Source: Tubiluchus corallicola (Eukaryota > Animalia > Priapulida). From it: a DNA stretch of 64,000 nt. The notes beneath the pieces are model-generated. The model was not told where the DNA came from and did not search any database. It worked only from the letters and a program-made list of their open reading frames with translations. The translations under genes and the position numbers were made by a program. Shown here piece after piece: positions 14,277-27,034 of the stretch. The DNA is taken from the NCBI GenBank assembly GCA_030141605.1, contig JAQGDQ010000380.1:1-64000 (forward strand), read 5' to 3'. Numbering within the stretch: the first letter of the stretch is position 1; the number at the start of each line of letters is the position of its first letter.

Positions 14277-14797
14277 GTCATTTGCAGTCACTGTTGTACA
14301 GTAGCACTGTACTTACTACTGTACTTCAATTTTCGTTATCGTAAACACGTGCGTCATTTGCAGTCACTGTTGTACAGTAGCGCTGTACTTACTACTGTAC
14401 TTCAATTTTCGTTATCGTAAACACGTGCGTCATTTGCAGTCACTGTTGTACAGTAGCGCTGTACTTACTACTGTACTTCAATTTTCGTTATCGTAAACAC
14501 GTGCGTCATTTGCAGTCACTGTTGTACAGTGGCGCTGTACTTACTACTGTACTTCAATTTTCGTTTTCGTAAACACGTGCGTCATTTGCAGTCACTGTTG
14601 TACAGTGGCGCTGTACTTACTACTGTACTTCAATTTTCGTTATCGTAAACACGTGCGTCATTTGCAGTCACTGTTGTACAGTAGCGCTGTACTTACTACT
14701 GTACTTCAATTTTCGTTATCGTAAACACGTGCGTCATTTGCAGTCACTGTTGTACAGTAGCGCTGTACTTCAATTTTCGTTATCGTAAACACGTGCG
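14277..14797. repeat. 76-bp tandem repeat (about 7 copies) inside a family-D DNA element (about 14075-14890)
   Basis: gtcatttgc recurs at 14277, 14353, 14429, 14505, 14581, 14657 and 14733. The flanks match the 37034-37651 family. Confidence 0.9.
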
Positions 14798-15200
14798 ACA
14801 CGCTCGTGGAATGTTTGCGCTGTTAAAAATTGTATTTAGTCATCACTAGCTGGGCTTCCCGTCCGTTAACTAAGTTTTTAACCTATTATTTAATTATATC
14901 CAGAATACTTTCTCGCTATTACGGGTGTCGAAAACAAGAATAAGTTATTTGTTTTTTGCTCGTAAAATTGTGGGAGAGTTAACGCATCAGGTAGAATTTT
15001 TTATCTAAATTTTGTTCTAGAAAGGTATATGATGTCCAACGTTGTATTTCCTGTATAATCATGAATAAAAACAATAAACAAATTGGTTAAAACATCAAGA
15101 TGTACTTATTTACCTTATCAATATATTAGTAAACATTATGATCAATCAAAGTCAAGTTCCTGTAAGCATAATAATATAGTTAGTAGACATCACTAACATC

Positions 15201-15313
15201 ACCAAATCACGTTGAAAACACAGGTTCTCGTCTGATCACCAAAGTTAAGCTACGTAGAGCTTGGTTAGTATTTGGATGGGTGACCGCCTAGGAACACCAG
15301 GTGCTGTAGCCTT
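15201..15313 (+). pseudogene. 5S rRNA-derived sequence (slightly 5'-truncated, multiple substitutions), head of a probable SINE
   Basis: cacgttgaaaacacaggttctcgtctgatcaccaaagttaagc...tggatgggtgaccgcctaggaacaccaggtgctgtagcctt matches animal 5S rRNA including boxes A and C. No T4 terminator follows. Confidence 0.88.
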
Positions 15314-15722
15314 GCGGGATGCCCACACTGTATCTCGACACTAGGCGGAGGAGCTGCACAAGCAGCCAGTGACCCAACGGCCATGTGTAGAGGACTAAAC
15401 CTTCTAAATCAGGAGTGGAGCCCCGAAGGCGGACCAGTGCAGCATGCTCACTGACTCCGGCAGCTCCTGTAGCCAACCTGGTGCCAAACGTATCGCTCCG
15501 CTTTCCTTTGGACTACACCAGCGAGGAAGAGAGGGGGTTCCTGCGATCTGGGGAACTCAGGATCTCCATACAACTTGCCCTGGAAACGTTCAAGGATCGG
15601 ATTGCTCAGCCACAGTCGACGCTGCAGCTCCATCAATGTGATCCACAACTGATTCTCTTGGCGCACATTCCATTGTCTTCAGAGACAGAAGCATGCCAAC
15701 AACAGATGCCAACAACCAAAAA
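15201..15722 (+). mobile_element. Probable 5S-derived SINE (SINE3 type)
   Basis: 5S head, about 400-bp GC-rich body and a tail gatgccaacaac. Flanked by an imperfect direct repeat acatca(c)taacat at 15187-15199 and 15723-15734. Confidence 0.65.
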
Positions 15723-16205
15723 ACATCATAACATTACAATATATGTATAGATGGGAAACTCTTATCCCTACACCTACAGTATTGTAAGTTGTATCTATTA
15801 AGGGGGGACCTATCCCGATCACTATACAACAATCAAGTTTTCTTCAAGAGCCATTTCCTACCTAGGTCTTTATACCTAATCTATTCATTAACCAATTATG
15901 CAATAATTTAACAAGTAATTCGACAGGTTTTCTACCGACAGCTACATACATTCCTAAACAATTAAGCTACAGAAGTAATTATGCACTATTCATTTAAGTA
16001 CTTCTATACAGCTTTTTTACAGTACAAATGACAATTTGTTTACCTCGGAAAAGAAGTTTACGACAACAGATGTTAACATGCGTCCTCTTCACCATACTTT
16101 AAAATAGGAAATATCGCATACGAAAAATCATGCTGTCTTCCTTTAATGCCTTCGAATGAAGTCACTGTGCAACAACCGTCTAAACATTATGTTCTAAACT
16201 AAAAT

Positions 16206-16467
16206 TCTAACAATGCTGGCAGGCTGTACTGGTAAAAGTGTTTCAAAAATTCTCGTATGCTAATACCGTGTGAATACCTTTCATGCCAATTTTCTACAGT
16301 GCTGGCAGTCTGTAATGATAAAAGTGTTTTGCAAACACTCGTATGCTAATATCGTGTGAATACCTTTCATACCAACAACCTTTGCTACAGTGCTGGCAGG
16401 CTGTAATGATAAAAGTGTTTTGCAAACTCTGGTATGCTAATATCGTGTGAATACCTTTCATGCCAAT
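16206..16467. repeat. Three diverged tandem copies of an approximately 88-bp unit
   Basis: Unit tgctggcaggctgtaatgataaaagtgtttt...gtgtgaatacctttcatgccaa. Confidence 0.85.
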
Positions 16468-16774
16468 AAGCTTTTCGTTTCCTCTTTACGACCCTTTACA
16501 ACCCTAGCAGTGAGTTTTAGTTGCCGTTTCCAATGATATGCTTAAAATAACTGTAATAAGAGGAGCTTCAATACACCAGTTACAACATCATCTCTACCGA
16601 CAACTTTCAGCTGATGACGCAACGTACTCGAAGCAAAAATTTTTACAGTCAGTAAAATGATTAGGGACAATAATGGGCTTTTAGCAATCCCGGCTCCTCT
16701 TACTGATGACGTCACTTGTATTTTACAGGATTCTTCCGCAAAATATTACAAGCGAACATGAAAGGGATAAAATC

Positions 16775-18085
16775 ATACTTAGGTATGCCAGGTTATGTTC
16801 AAGTAAGGAGGGTTTTGTTAGTTAGGGCAACTAGGTTGTACAAAATTATGTCAAACAGAGGTTACTCTACGACGTGTCTTTTTCAATCACTTGAAAATGT
16901 TTTTAAAAATCGCCATTTTCTTTTATTTAAGCTTGGCCGGTGTTCAGTGAAGCAAGTGGCTGTTGCTTTGATGTGATTTTGGTGATGAGAAACTTGTCTA
17001 GTCTTGTCTCTTTGTGGTCATATTGTAGGAGCCACTTCTTTTTTATCATTGTTGTAGTTGGTTTACTGTGTTTGTGCTTTGCATTATGTGTTACGTCTGT
17101 AGTTATCACTTTAACATCTAAGGTTCGGCAGTCAGTGTCATCGCCAGGAGAGTTTGAAGATAGTGAGTAAGGACCAGGTCCCTGCCGGGAGAGTTTGAAG
17201 ATAGTGAGTAGGGACTGGGTCCCTGCCGGGAGAGTTTGAAGATAGTGAGTAGGGACTGGGTCCCCGCCGGGAGAGTTTGAAGATAGTGAGTAAGGACCAG
17301 GTCCCTGCCGGGAGAGTTTGAAGATAGTGAGTAGGGACTGGGTCCCCGCCGGGAGAGTTTGAAGATAGTGAGTAGGGACCGGGTCCCCGCCGGGAGAGTT
17401 TGAAGATAGTGAGTAGGGACAGGGTCCCCGCCGGGAGAGTTTGAAGATAGTGAGTAAGGACCAGGTCCCTGCCGGGAGAGTTTGAAGATAGTGAGTAAGG
17501 ACCAGGTCCCTGCCGGGAGAGTTTGAAGATAGTGAGTAAGGACCAGGTCCCTGCCGGGAGAGTTTGAAGATAGTGAGTAGGGACAGGGTCCCTGCCGGGA
17601 GAGTTTGAAGATAGTGAGTAGGGACAGGGTCCCCGCCGGGAGAGTTTGAAGATAGTGAGTAGGGACTGGGTCCCTGCCGGGAGAGTTTGAAGATAGTGAG
17701 TAGGGACAGGGTCCCCGCCGGGAGAGTTTGAAGATAGTGAGTAGGGACTGGGTCCCCGCCGGGAGAGTTTGAAGATAGTGAGTAGGGACTGGGTCCCTGC
17801 CGGGAGAGTTTGAAGATAGTGAGTAGGGACAGGGTCCCCGCCGGGAGAGTTTGAAGATAGTGAGTAGGGACTGGGTCCCTGCCGGGAGAGTTTGAAGATA
17901 GTGAGTAGGGACTGGGTCCCTGCCGGGAGAGTTTGAAGATAGTGAGTAGGGACTGGGTCCCCGCCGGGAGAGTTTGAAGATAGTGAGTAGGGACTGGGTC
18001 CCTGCCGGGAGAGTTTGTAGACAGTGAGTAGGGATTGGGTCCCCGCTGGGAGAGTTTGAAAATAGTGAGTAGGAACCGGGTCGGA
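16775..18085 (+). mobile_element. Penelope-like retroelement 3' fragment with an expanded 40-bp repeat
   Basis: LRYARLCSSKEGFV/RATRLYKIMSNRGYSTTCLFQSLENVFKNRHFLLFKL (one frameshift), stop at 16976, then a UTR and the 40-bp array. Confidence 0.65.
17145..18085. repeat. 40-bp minisatellite, about 23 copies
   Basis: Unit gggagagtttgaagatagtgagtagggactgggtccccgcc with an internal GGGAC/GTCCC hairpin. Confidence 0.97.
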
Positions 18086-18097
18086 ACTATGTAGAAA

Positions 18098-19149
18098 CAC
18101 AGCCAGCTACAACTGGAAAATCGTTAAAAAATTTCCTTTCTAATCCACAGCCAGCTACAACTGGAAAATCGTTAAAAAATTTCCTTTCTAATGCACAGCC
18201 AGCTACAACTGGAAAATTGTTAAAAAATTTCCTTTCTAATCCACAGCCAGCTACAACTGGAAAATCGTTAAAAAATTTCCTTTCTAATCCACAGCCAGCT
18301 ACAACTGGAAAACCGTTAAAAAATTTCATTTCTAATCCACAGCCAGCTACAACTGGAAAACTGTTAAAAAATTTCCTTTCTAATCCACAGCCAGCTACAA
18401 CTGGCAAACTGTTAAAAAATTTCCTTTCTAATCCACAGCCAGCTACAACTGGTAAACTGTTAAAAAATTTCCTTTCTAATCCACAGCCAGCTACAACTGG
18501 TAAACTGTTAAAAAATTTCCTTTCTAATCCACAGCCAGCTACAACTGGAAAACTGTTAAAAAATTTCCTTTCTAATCCACAGCCAGCTACAACTGGAAAA
18601 CCGTTAAAAAATTTCCTTTCTAATCCACAGCCAGCTACAACTGGTAAACTGTTAAAAAATTCCTTTCTAATCCACAGCCAGCTAGAACTGGAAAACCGTT
18701 AAAACATTTCCTTTCTAATCCACAGCCAGCTAGAACTGGAAAACCGTTAAAAAAATTCCTTTCTAATCCACAGCCAGCTACAACTGGAAAACTGTTAAAA
18801 AATTTCCTTTCTAATCCACAGCCAGCTACAACTGGAAAACTGTTAAAAAATTTCCTTTCTAATCCACAGCCAGCTAGAAATGAAAAACTGTTAAAAAATT
18901 TCCTTTCTAATCCACAGCCAGCTACAACTGGAAAACTGTTAAAAAAATTCCTTTCTAATCCACAGCCAGCTAGAACTGGAAAACCGTTAAAACATTTCCT
19001 TTCTAATCCACAGCCAGCTAGAACTGGAAAACCGTTAAAAAATTCCTTTCTAATGCACAGCCAGCTACAACTGGTAAACTGTTAAAAAATTCCTTTCTAA
19101 TGCACAGCCAGCTACAACTGGAAAACTGTTAAAAAATTTCCTTTCTAAT
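18098..19149. repeat. 48-bp minisatellite, about 22 copies
   Basis: Unit ccacagccagctacaactggaaaactgttaaaaaatttcctttctaat. Confidence 0.97.
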
Positions 19150-20059
19150 TCCCTGTAAAACCAGATATTGATGAAAAACACGTTCACGACACTGAACTTT
19201 AACGAACGTCTAAAGGTTAGATCACACATTGCATGACATGTGTCTACAGCAGAAATACGAGATATCGATTCCAATGCGTAATTACAAGAGCCGGCAAAAA
19301 ACTGAATCCAGGAAGTTTCCCGAAAACAACCACCGAGACGTTCCTCAACAGCTGATAAAATTTAGTCAAGCAAACACTTTCTTAATCTGCCGAAATTTTC
19401 GGTTTCTGTTTGGCCCAGTTCGAAATGAAATTGTGGGATCCAATTCTCGCCTCGGAGGCACCACACATGACATGCTTAAGATTATTATTTTAAATGATTA
19501 TGCATGTAACAGCTGCACGCGTAAGCAGTGAGTTAAAATAAAGAAACAGCAGAATTTTACACATTTTACATTCTGGTGCAAGCGTGAAGGGGGCGTATTA
19601 ACCAACAGGGTAACTAGGCTGTAGGCTCCTAGGGCGCCAATGGTTGAGGGGCGTCACATTTTAGAACAAATTCTTATTCTCCTCGGAAAATGTGTATACA
19701 TTCATATTCATGTAAGGGACGCATTTTATAACACACCACAGGCAGTTACTAATTTCAGCTGTATATATAACGCCAGATAACTAACAGGTGGAAGGTTTTA
19801 CACAACAAGCAGATGCGCAGCCTGCTTGAATATAAGCGCTATGCAAATACATGTAATTAATAAATGACACGTAGAAAGTAGGTTAATAGTGTTTCAACAC
19901 ACCACAAGTAGTTGTTTAACCTGCTCATTACATAAACAGGCATAAATTCACAACAGAGACGAACTATCAGTCTAGGATGTCGCAAAGTCTTGACACGCCT
20001 TTAACAGCGTGTGTTTTAGATCAGCATTATAATGCACGTACACGAAATGTATTCAGGCA

Positions 20060-20389
20060 TATATTATATTATAATATGATATAATTTATTGTCGTATATT
20101 ACTAGCTCACATTCTAAGCATTGTGTTCTTTTTTCTACTGATAATAAACAAAACTGATATATGGTACTTCCAAAAATACCAGTATAACACCTTAAGTAAC
20201 TCACTACTTACTGTTTTTCCAATGCGGTCTCGATTATTATTAGTAACCTACACGTTACTTCAATAAACCCGCACGCTTTGTCGAAGATCCACCAATACCA
20301 ATTTTTAGTCTTTGTATGACTCGGTCGGGGTTTGAACCCGCGACCTCCAGGGTGGTAAGCGAGCACGCTACCACTGAGCTACGCCACCC
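20060..20389 (-). mobile_element. tRNA-derived SINE, MetaSINE-like core
   Basis: Minus strand has an A box tagctcagtgg and B box ggttcaaaccc, followed by gtcatacaaagactaaaaattggta, which resembles the Meta domain as I recall it. AT-rich tail near 20060. Confidence 0.75.
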
Positions 20390-21149
20390 TTTACAAACAG
20401 TATAATGTTGACAAGTTGATATTAAATCTCAAATCCTAGTAATATTTCAAAAAATAAATCATCGAAGCAAAGAAAAAGAATAAAACATGCGTTATTTACA
20501 ACCTGTCGTCTTTCTGCCATTTTAAAACTTTCCTCTTTTTTAGACTGGAGCCTTGGGCAGATGACAACACGGGAGCCATCCATGTTGCTGTACCGAATTG
20601 CAGCGAGTGAGTGTTTGTTAGACCGTGTATGACGTCATCAAGGTGGGCGGGGCTAAACCCCGCTTGTGTTCTAGGTATTTCTTTCGACTAATTAGGCCAA
20701 TTTCGTTCTCCCCACATTGACGGTAAAACCAAAAACGTTTTACTTACGTCGTTTTCTTTGATCAAGTCCACGAAGTTTTGTTTTTTCAAGTTATGTCTTC
20801 ATTTCCAAGGCGTGCCAGTCGTGTTTATTCGTGCTGAATGTTTGCTGCTGTTTATTTATTTAAAACTGATAAGCCTTCGCTATGTTAATCTTTCTACAGT
20901 AAATAATCTTTCTACTCTTAAACATTCGCTAGAATAAGCATAACGCGTTGATTTGAGATAGATGGAAAAATGAACCCGTGAGCTTCATCTGGACGAGTTA
21001 TTAAAGCAAAACTGATTTAGATTTAGATTTAATAGATTTATTTCGCAATAAACATATACATATACATTACATGTGCATCGATAATCAGTTTTTATTAATA
21101 CAAAAATATGATACAATTCATGAATTCTATTATAGCATTTTATTATTGT

Positions 21150-21430
21150 TCCTATATGAATGAACTGGATATAATCTCAAACCGTAGATCAAAACAACCT
21201 CAAAGTGTTGAATGGAAACATACATTTTTTTAAAGAATGACTTACGTGTGAATGAACTATTACCGCACAAGCTCGTTCGCGCCACCACTTCTCCGCTGTT
21301 ACGTGCACTTCGGCATTCGCTAGCTATAGACAGGCACAAAAAACAGGTGCTGTACCTCTCAGTTCAGATGTGTTACTTTGTGACGAACTGCATACGTTCG
21401 ACAGCTCAGCCACGTGCTTTGCAGTTTTGT
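21150..21430 (+). mobile_element. Family-D DNA element fragment
   Basis: Shares tgacttacgtg...aaaaaacaggtg..gtacctctcagttcagat with 37034-37651. Confidence 0.7.
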
Positions 21431-21964
21431 CGTGCATTTTTTTAGGAATGAAGTACAGCATGCACAAAAACCTGTTTGTTAAAAACCACTTGCCACACGA
21501 ATAAAACATACTGTATGCATTAAATGTGTGAACGAAATATACATTAGAAATAGGCTTACATCAAATATCTAATTACTTTATGGTAACAAATTAACCACAA
21601 CTGCCTTGCTCATTTTATGTACATCAGACCACCATACTTGTATAAAACATTATTCGAAGTACTTGCTATGATGGTGAATTTTTTTGCCAGTATTGACAAG
21701 TATTAAGGACTGGCCTTGAGAATAAAGCAGTTTTTCTTTCAATTGTTCTTTCCTTTAACAACTGTATAACTCCATATTTTCTCTTCGAAAATGCTTCTCC
21801 GGCGTTCTAGCAGTTCAAAAATTTTCTGGGCGCCAACCATTGTGCGATTTCCCTCTCCCACCGAGGGGACCTCACACACCCCACTTCCCCGGGCCTCGCT
21901 TAGGCTGAAATAGGCCCTGGCCAAACGACCCGAGTTTGTATAATTATATATTGTTAAAGTTCAC

Positions 21965-22509
21965 AAGCAATGCTTTTCTTCAACACAAGAATGCATTAAC
22001 TAACAAGAAATTAAGTCTTAACATAAGACTTCGATTATTTAATGCTTACGTTGCCAGCATATTTATGTACAATAAACTTGGGGTTTAACGATTACGCAAA
22101 AACCAGATTGACACATTTCACAGAAGTCTTCTAGGGAAAGTTTTAAAGATAAGATGGCCATATGTAATCAAAAATGAAGATTTATGCGCCAGAACGAAAG
22201 GAATTTCTTGCCAAGATCCGAAGATTAAGATGGCTAGGACATCTTTTAAGATTACCAAACCAAGCACCAGTAAGAATCGTCTTAACAGCAGCCTTAAAAC
22301 CTTGCAAAAAATCGCCTGGTAAACCTAAAACAACTTGGATAGCTAAGATAAATAAAGTTTTTCAACAACTTCAACCAAATCTATCTTAAGGAGTAGAAGA
22401 ACTTATGCCGTTAGCTGCAGATAGAAGTGGGTGGAATACTCTGATAAATGTTGATGCCTCAATGCCTACAATAGGTGGAATGAGATTTTGAAGAAGAAGA
22501 AGAAGAAGA
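21965..22509 (+). mobile_element. 5'-truncated RTE LINE, second copy, with (GAA)n tail
   Basis: Colinear with 7085-7640; encodes RRLRWLGHLLRLPNQAPVR and ends in gaagaagaagaagaagaag. Confidence 0.88.
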
Positions 22510-22579
22510 GCTACTAATCAATGAATTGCGTTTAAAAATACATTACGAGTCCGTGACACTAGATACATATTATATATAT

Positions 22580-23385
22580 AAAATAATCTTTATTTGCCAT
22601 TAAAATACATTGATAATCACAGATAAAAATTTTACAGAGATGATCAGTCAGTGTTAGTTAATAAAAAACTTACACTGCTAAAGGCTAATGCGTCAGTGCA
22701 ATCTAAACTACTGCGCAGTACTGGAGAGTAACGACGAATAAAATCAAACATATGTACAACTATGTACAAAAAATGAAAAAAATCTATGATTTAATTAATA
22801 TGGCCGTGGATATATAAATTCTGAATTAGTGTGTATGTTGTCATACTGGTGTGATGGTATTTCACATCTGGTTAATATTAGTGTTTTAAATGCTGATAGG
22901 GACTTGATTTGTTTAACCTGTAATGGTGGAGAATTAAAAAGTAGAATTGCTTGCTTGATTACAGAGTTCGTTCCATAGTGGGTATTTGTCCTAATTTGTT
23001 TTAGATTGCTTGTTCTGGAATTAACGATAAGATTTGGAAAAAAGGTAAATCTGTTATTCTGGAGGTGGTTTGCTGATGTTGTTAATGTATTTAAATATAA
23101 AAAAACAGAGTAAAATATTCTTTGTGTGCTTCAATAATAGGGAATTTTAAAGTTTTTCTCAGGTTAGTTGTTGAAGCTTTGAATTTTTCTGCCTGCCTTA
23201 CGTTTGTATGAGTACCCAGCTATCCATCTCAACGCATAGTTCTGAAGGAGATTTAATTTTAAGTTATTTTCTCTTTTGAATTTTTTGAAGTAGCGTACAT
23301 ACAATATAAGAAGTGTGGTAGAACTAAACTTTTACATATTAGTGTCTTAGTTTCCTTTGTTAGTTGTCCTTTAACTTGACGGAGA
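22580..23385 (-). mobile_element. L2/CR1-group LINE 3' end, degenerate
   Basis: Minus-strand remnants KSLVLPHFLYC, LLQNYALRWI and RTNTHYGTNSVIKQAILL.NS.P; inverted homologue of 55415-55865. Confidence 0.75.
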
Positions 23386-23582
23386 TGTGATGTGCTAGAT
23401 GTCACGTGATACTACCAGTCCTCGTAAACATTTTGTGCAATAAACACGAGAACGTAATGTACTCAACAAGCTAGCGACAGTCGCTATATTACATCCACAC
23501 GAAGATTAATGATGTATCAGTCGAATCATCAATTATACAAGGAATAGCAACCATACAGTGAAATGAAAATAACAGGTGACAT

Positions 23583-23933
23583 AACACAGCTTCGTAGAGC
23601 AGTTTACACGTATTAACACAGCTTCGTAGAGCAGTTTACACGTGTTAACACAGCTTCGTAGAGCAGTTTACACGTATTAACACAGCTTCGTAGAGCAGTT
23701 TACACGTATTAACACAGCTTCGTAGAGCAGTTTACACGTATTAACACAGTTTCGTAGAGCAGTTTACACGTATTAACACAGCTTCGTAGAGCAGTTTACA
23801 CGTATTAACACAGCTTCGTAGAGCAGTTTACACGTATTAACACAGCTTCGTAGAGCAGTTTACACGTATTAACACAGCTTCGGATAGCAGTTTACACGTA
23901 TTAACACAGCTTCGTAGACCAGTTTACACGTAT
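23583..23933. repeat. 32-bp minisatellite, 11 copies
   Basis: Unit taacacagcttcgtagagcagtttacacgtat. Confidence 0.96.
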
Positions 23934-24021
23934 TTTCACCTTCAATTAATACGCAAAAACAAACATTGAGAAACATGGAAATCTTTAGTAAATGACAAGG
24001 ACTCGTCACTACAGCTACTTA

Positions 24022-24638
24022 CAGCAAGAGAGGATGATTTTTCATATACTATATTCATTTTAACGCAATTAATATTGCAAAAGCGTTTCTGATATTTAAA
24101 AATTTAATTAGTGGCGAGCGAGCCCAACTACTGGTGACATCACAAACTAACATGATTTTCAACAGAAAAATATTCCACGAGCGAGTTGCATGTGTTTGCG
24201 AAAGCGAAAATTGAAGTACAGTTGTACTGTGATATATTTAGTGTGTTGTAAGCTAAACTAGTTTTAACACTAAGTTTTAGTGTTCTAAACTAGACAAGCT
24301 TTAAGATAAAAAATTAAATTTCAAATTTACCACTATACTCACGCATGAGCTGTCGAACGTGTGTAGTTCGTCACAAACTAACACATCTGAACTGAGATGT
24401 ACAGCACCTGTTTTTTTAGGCAATGCGTTTCCGAAATGCAAGCGCTATTGCCCGTCTAACTAGCGAATGGCGAAATGCATGTAACAGCGAAGAACTAGTG
24501 GCGCGAACGTGAAATTTGTTTGTGTGGTGATAATTTTTTTACGTAAGTCATTTTTGGAAAAAAATAGCATGTTTCCTTTCAATATTTTAAAGAGTAGCTT
24601 GTTTTGACATACAGTTTAAGATTGGGTCCGGTTTTGCT
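24022..24638 (-). mobile_element. Family-D Kolobok-like non-autonomous element
   Basis: Reverse complement of 37034-37651; right end gtccggttttgct-TTAA. Confidence 0.75.
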
Positions 24639-25259
24639 TTAAACGAAATCGTAGCCTGCATACTCTACTAATTAAGTTTATTCAGCTAAGAGATGTTTTT
24701 CTTGGCTGGATTTCGCCTCCTTTTACCTCCTCCGCGGAAGAAAACTAGCTATTTCCTGCAAATTTAGTCAGCTCAATTTCTCTAAGTTTTTGAGGGACAA
24801 TAACAGGATTTATCCCACAAAGAACTTGTGGCGTGTTAAGAGCACATTATGCTCGCTTTTAAGATCAGTAAATAATTGCTTGTAGTGTGTTACATTGTAG
24901 TCGCATACAGTAAAAACATCTGTCTACAGTAAACTGTCCAACGTAAGCCGTCGCAACCAAAGTTTGACTGCACACGGATGTTAGATAGAACACTAAGCGT
25001 GTTTCGTAAACATTTTTGTGCGACAAAATTGGTAAAATGGCGTTTATGGAGCCCGCACACGAGCAACAGTCTGTGTCGCACAAGATGTTGCAGACAGATT
25101 TTGCATCGTGTGTGTCAATAATAAGTTTTTGCAAAAAAATCACCAGAGCAGCATTTGTAGTTTAGTCATCTAACAAAACATCAGAAGTAATGCCCGTATT
25201 TCAGGGAGAGACTTGCACTGGTTATTTGCTTAACAGAATAAGAGGTAGGCAATAAGATC

Positions 25260-25665
25260 AGATGAGATGAGATGAGATGAGATGAGATGAGATGAGATGA
25301 GATGAGATGAGGTGAGGTGAGGTGTGGTGAGGCGAGGCGAGGCGAGGCGAGATGAGATGAGATGAGGTGAGATGAGGTGTGGTGAGGCGAGGCGAGGCGA
25401 GATGAATGAGGTGAGGTGAGGTGAGGTGAAGTGAGATGAGGCGAGGTGAGATGAAGTGAGATGAAGTGAGATAGGTGAGACGAGATGAAGTGAAGTGACG
25501 TGAGGTGAGATGAGGTAAGACAAGACAAGGCAAGGCAAGGCAAGGCAAGGCAAGGCAAGGCAAGGCAAGGCAAGGCAAGGCAAGGCAAGGCAAGGCAAGG
25601 CAAGGCAAGGCAAGGCAAGGCAAGACAAGACAAGACAAGACAAGACAAGGCAAGACAAGACAAGA
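25260..25665. repeat. Compound pentanucleotide microsatellite (GATGA/GAGGT/GAGGC/GGCAA/GACAA)n
   Basis: Direct inspection. Confidence 0.95.
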
Positions 25666-27034
25666 AAAATTTTCAAAGTCAATTATTTACATAGACAACG
25701 TGAGCTGTTAGTTTTTCATTGACTATAAAAATATAAAAAAAATTTACATTTAGAGCGGTATTTACATTACACGATTTCGCCTAAAATTTAAATTAATTTC
25801 AAATTTGCTTAGGAAAAATAAAAACTATGTACAAAAAAGGCATTAAAAATTTTGATTTAACTTTGTATTCTTAAACCAAATTAAATCAAACTCAAACTAC
25901 ACAAATATCCACAAACTTATTCATCACTTTCTCAATACATAAAACATACAGAATAACAACTATGGATATCGCTATGTTCCCTATATTCGCTATATTGTCA
26001 AACGCAGAGGACATATTTCTTGCCTAACGAGATGACAATGTCATTAAACTCTTTCAATACTGACTCAGTTATGTACTGGAGATTTTAATGATGGATATAA
26101 AACATGACGAGATTTAAAAGCTTGGAAAATTATGCTCTAGGTGTTTCTGCATGAGTCAAACGTGCAAAGTAGATCACGCTAGAATTAATAACGTGTTCAT
26201 GCCACGCGTTGCGTCAAATGTACTTTTCATGTAATATACCTGTTATGGGCAAATTACCCAATTACGCATATAATTTGTTTTTTATTTTTCCCGCATGAGG
26301 CAGCCAAAAACTAAAGGGGACAAGTGGACAATTGCTGCCAGACTTGACTGGTTATTGCAGAGACTAACTTGTAATGTGGATAACGCAATTTTTATGTGAG
26401 AAATTTAATGTCATGCTTCAACCATAACCAGTGTGCTCTCTCTAGCCGAACGAAGCGATTTTTGTAAATCTAAGTTTATTAATTTGGTAGCAATTTTCTG
26501 TGTAATTTTTTTTATTCAAATTTCTGTAGTTTTGTTCGAATTGAATTACTGAAAATTTCATGTATTCTTTTGTTTTTTCTCCTTTAGAAAATAAAGACTG
26601 CAGTAATCACCTTATGAAAGGAACTGTCGTGTTTTGCTGTGTTAACAGTAGCTGTTTACTGCGTCCATTATGTGTAGCGAGCGATTTACACGGGCTTTTG
26701 GGACGCGTCTGAAACACTTCGTAAAAGATCCAACTTGCCCTCCAATCGAGACGTAATGTTCCGTAAAATTAGATTTTTCAGTCATTTCTACAGTGCAACA
26801 AAATCAGAAAGAATTCCATAGAACGTTTTCGTTTCTAATGTAGAATTTGAAGCAGTTTTATGGTTTCTTCTAGTCGGCGAAGATCAAAGCACACCGAGGA
26901 ATAGCTACACTATCATATTGCTGAGCGTGTAGGACTGCAGACGTTTACAGTCGGATAGTGGACCCTGTTCGGTCCACAAATATCCTCGTCACAGTGCATA
27001 GGACATATTGATCGAACTTACTTTTCACCATGTT

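Noticed and set aside
15201-15313. Functional 5S rRNA gene
   Set aside because: 5' end missing, several substitutions in stems, single copy and no terminator.
17138-18100. 320-aa minus-strand ORF
   Set aside because: Artefact of a 40-bp repeat that lacks stops in all three frames on that strand; no unique coding content.
18087-18702. Repetitive ORFs on both strands (KNFLSNPQPATTGKLL)
   Set aside because: Translation of the 48-bp satellite; the frame breaks in later units.
23583-23933. CRISPR-like 32-bp repeats
   Set aside because: Units are head-to-tail with no spacers, the context is eukaryotic and there are no cas genes. The same holds for the other arrays.
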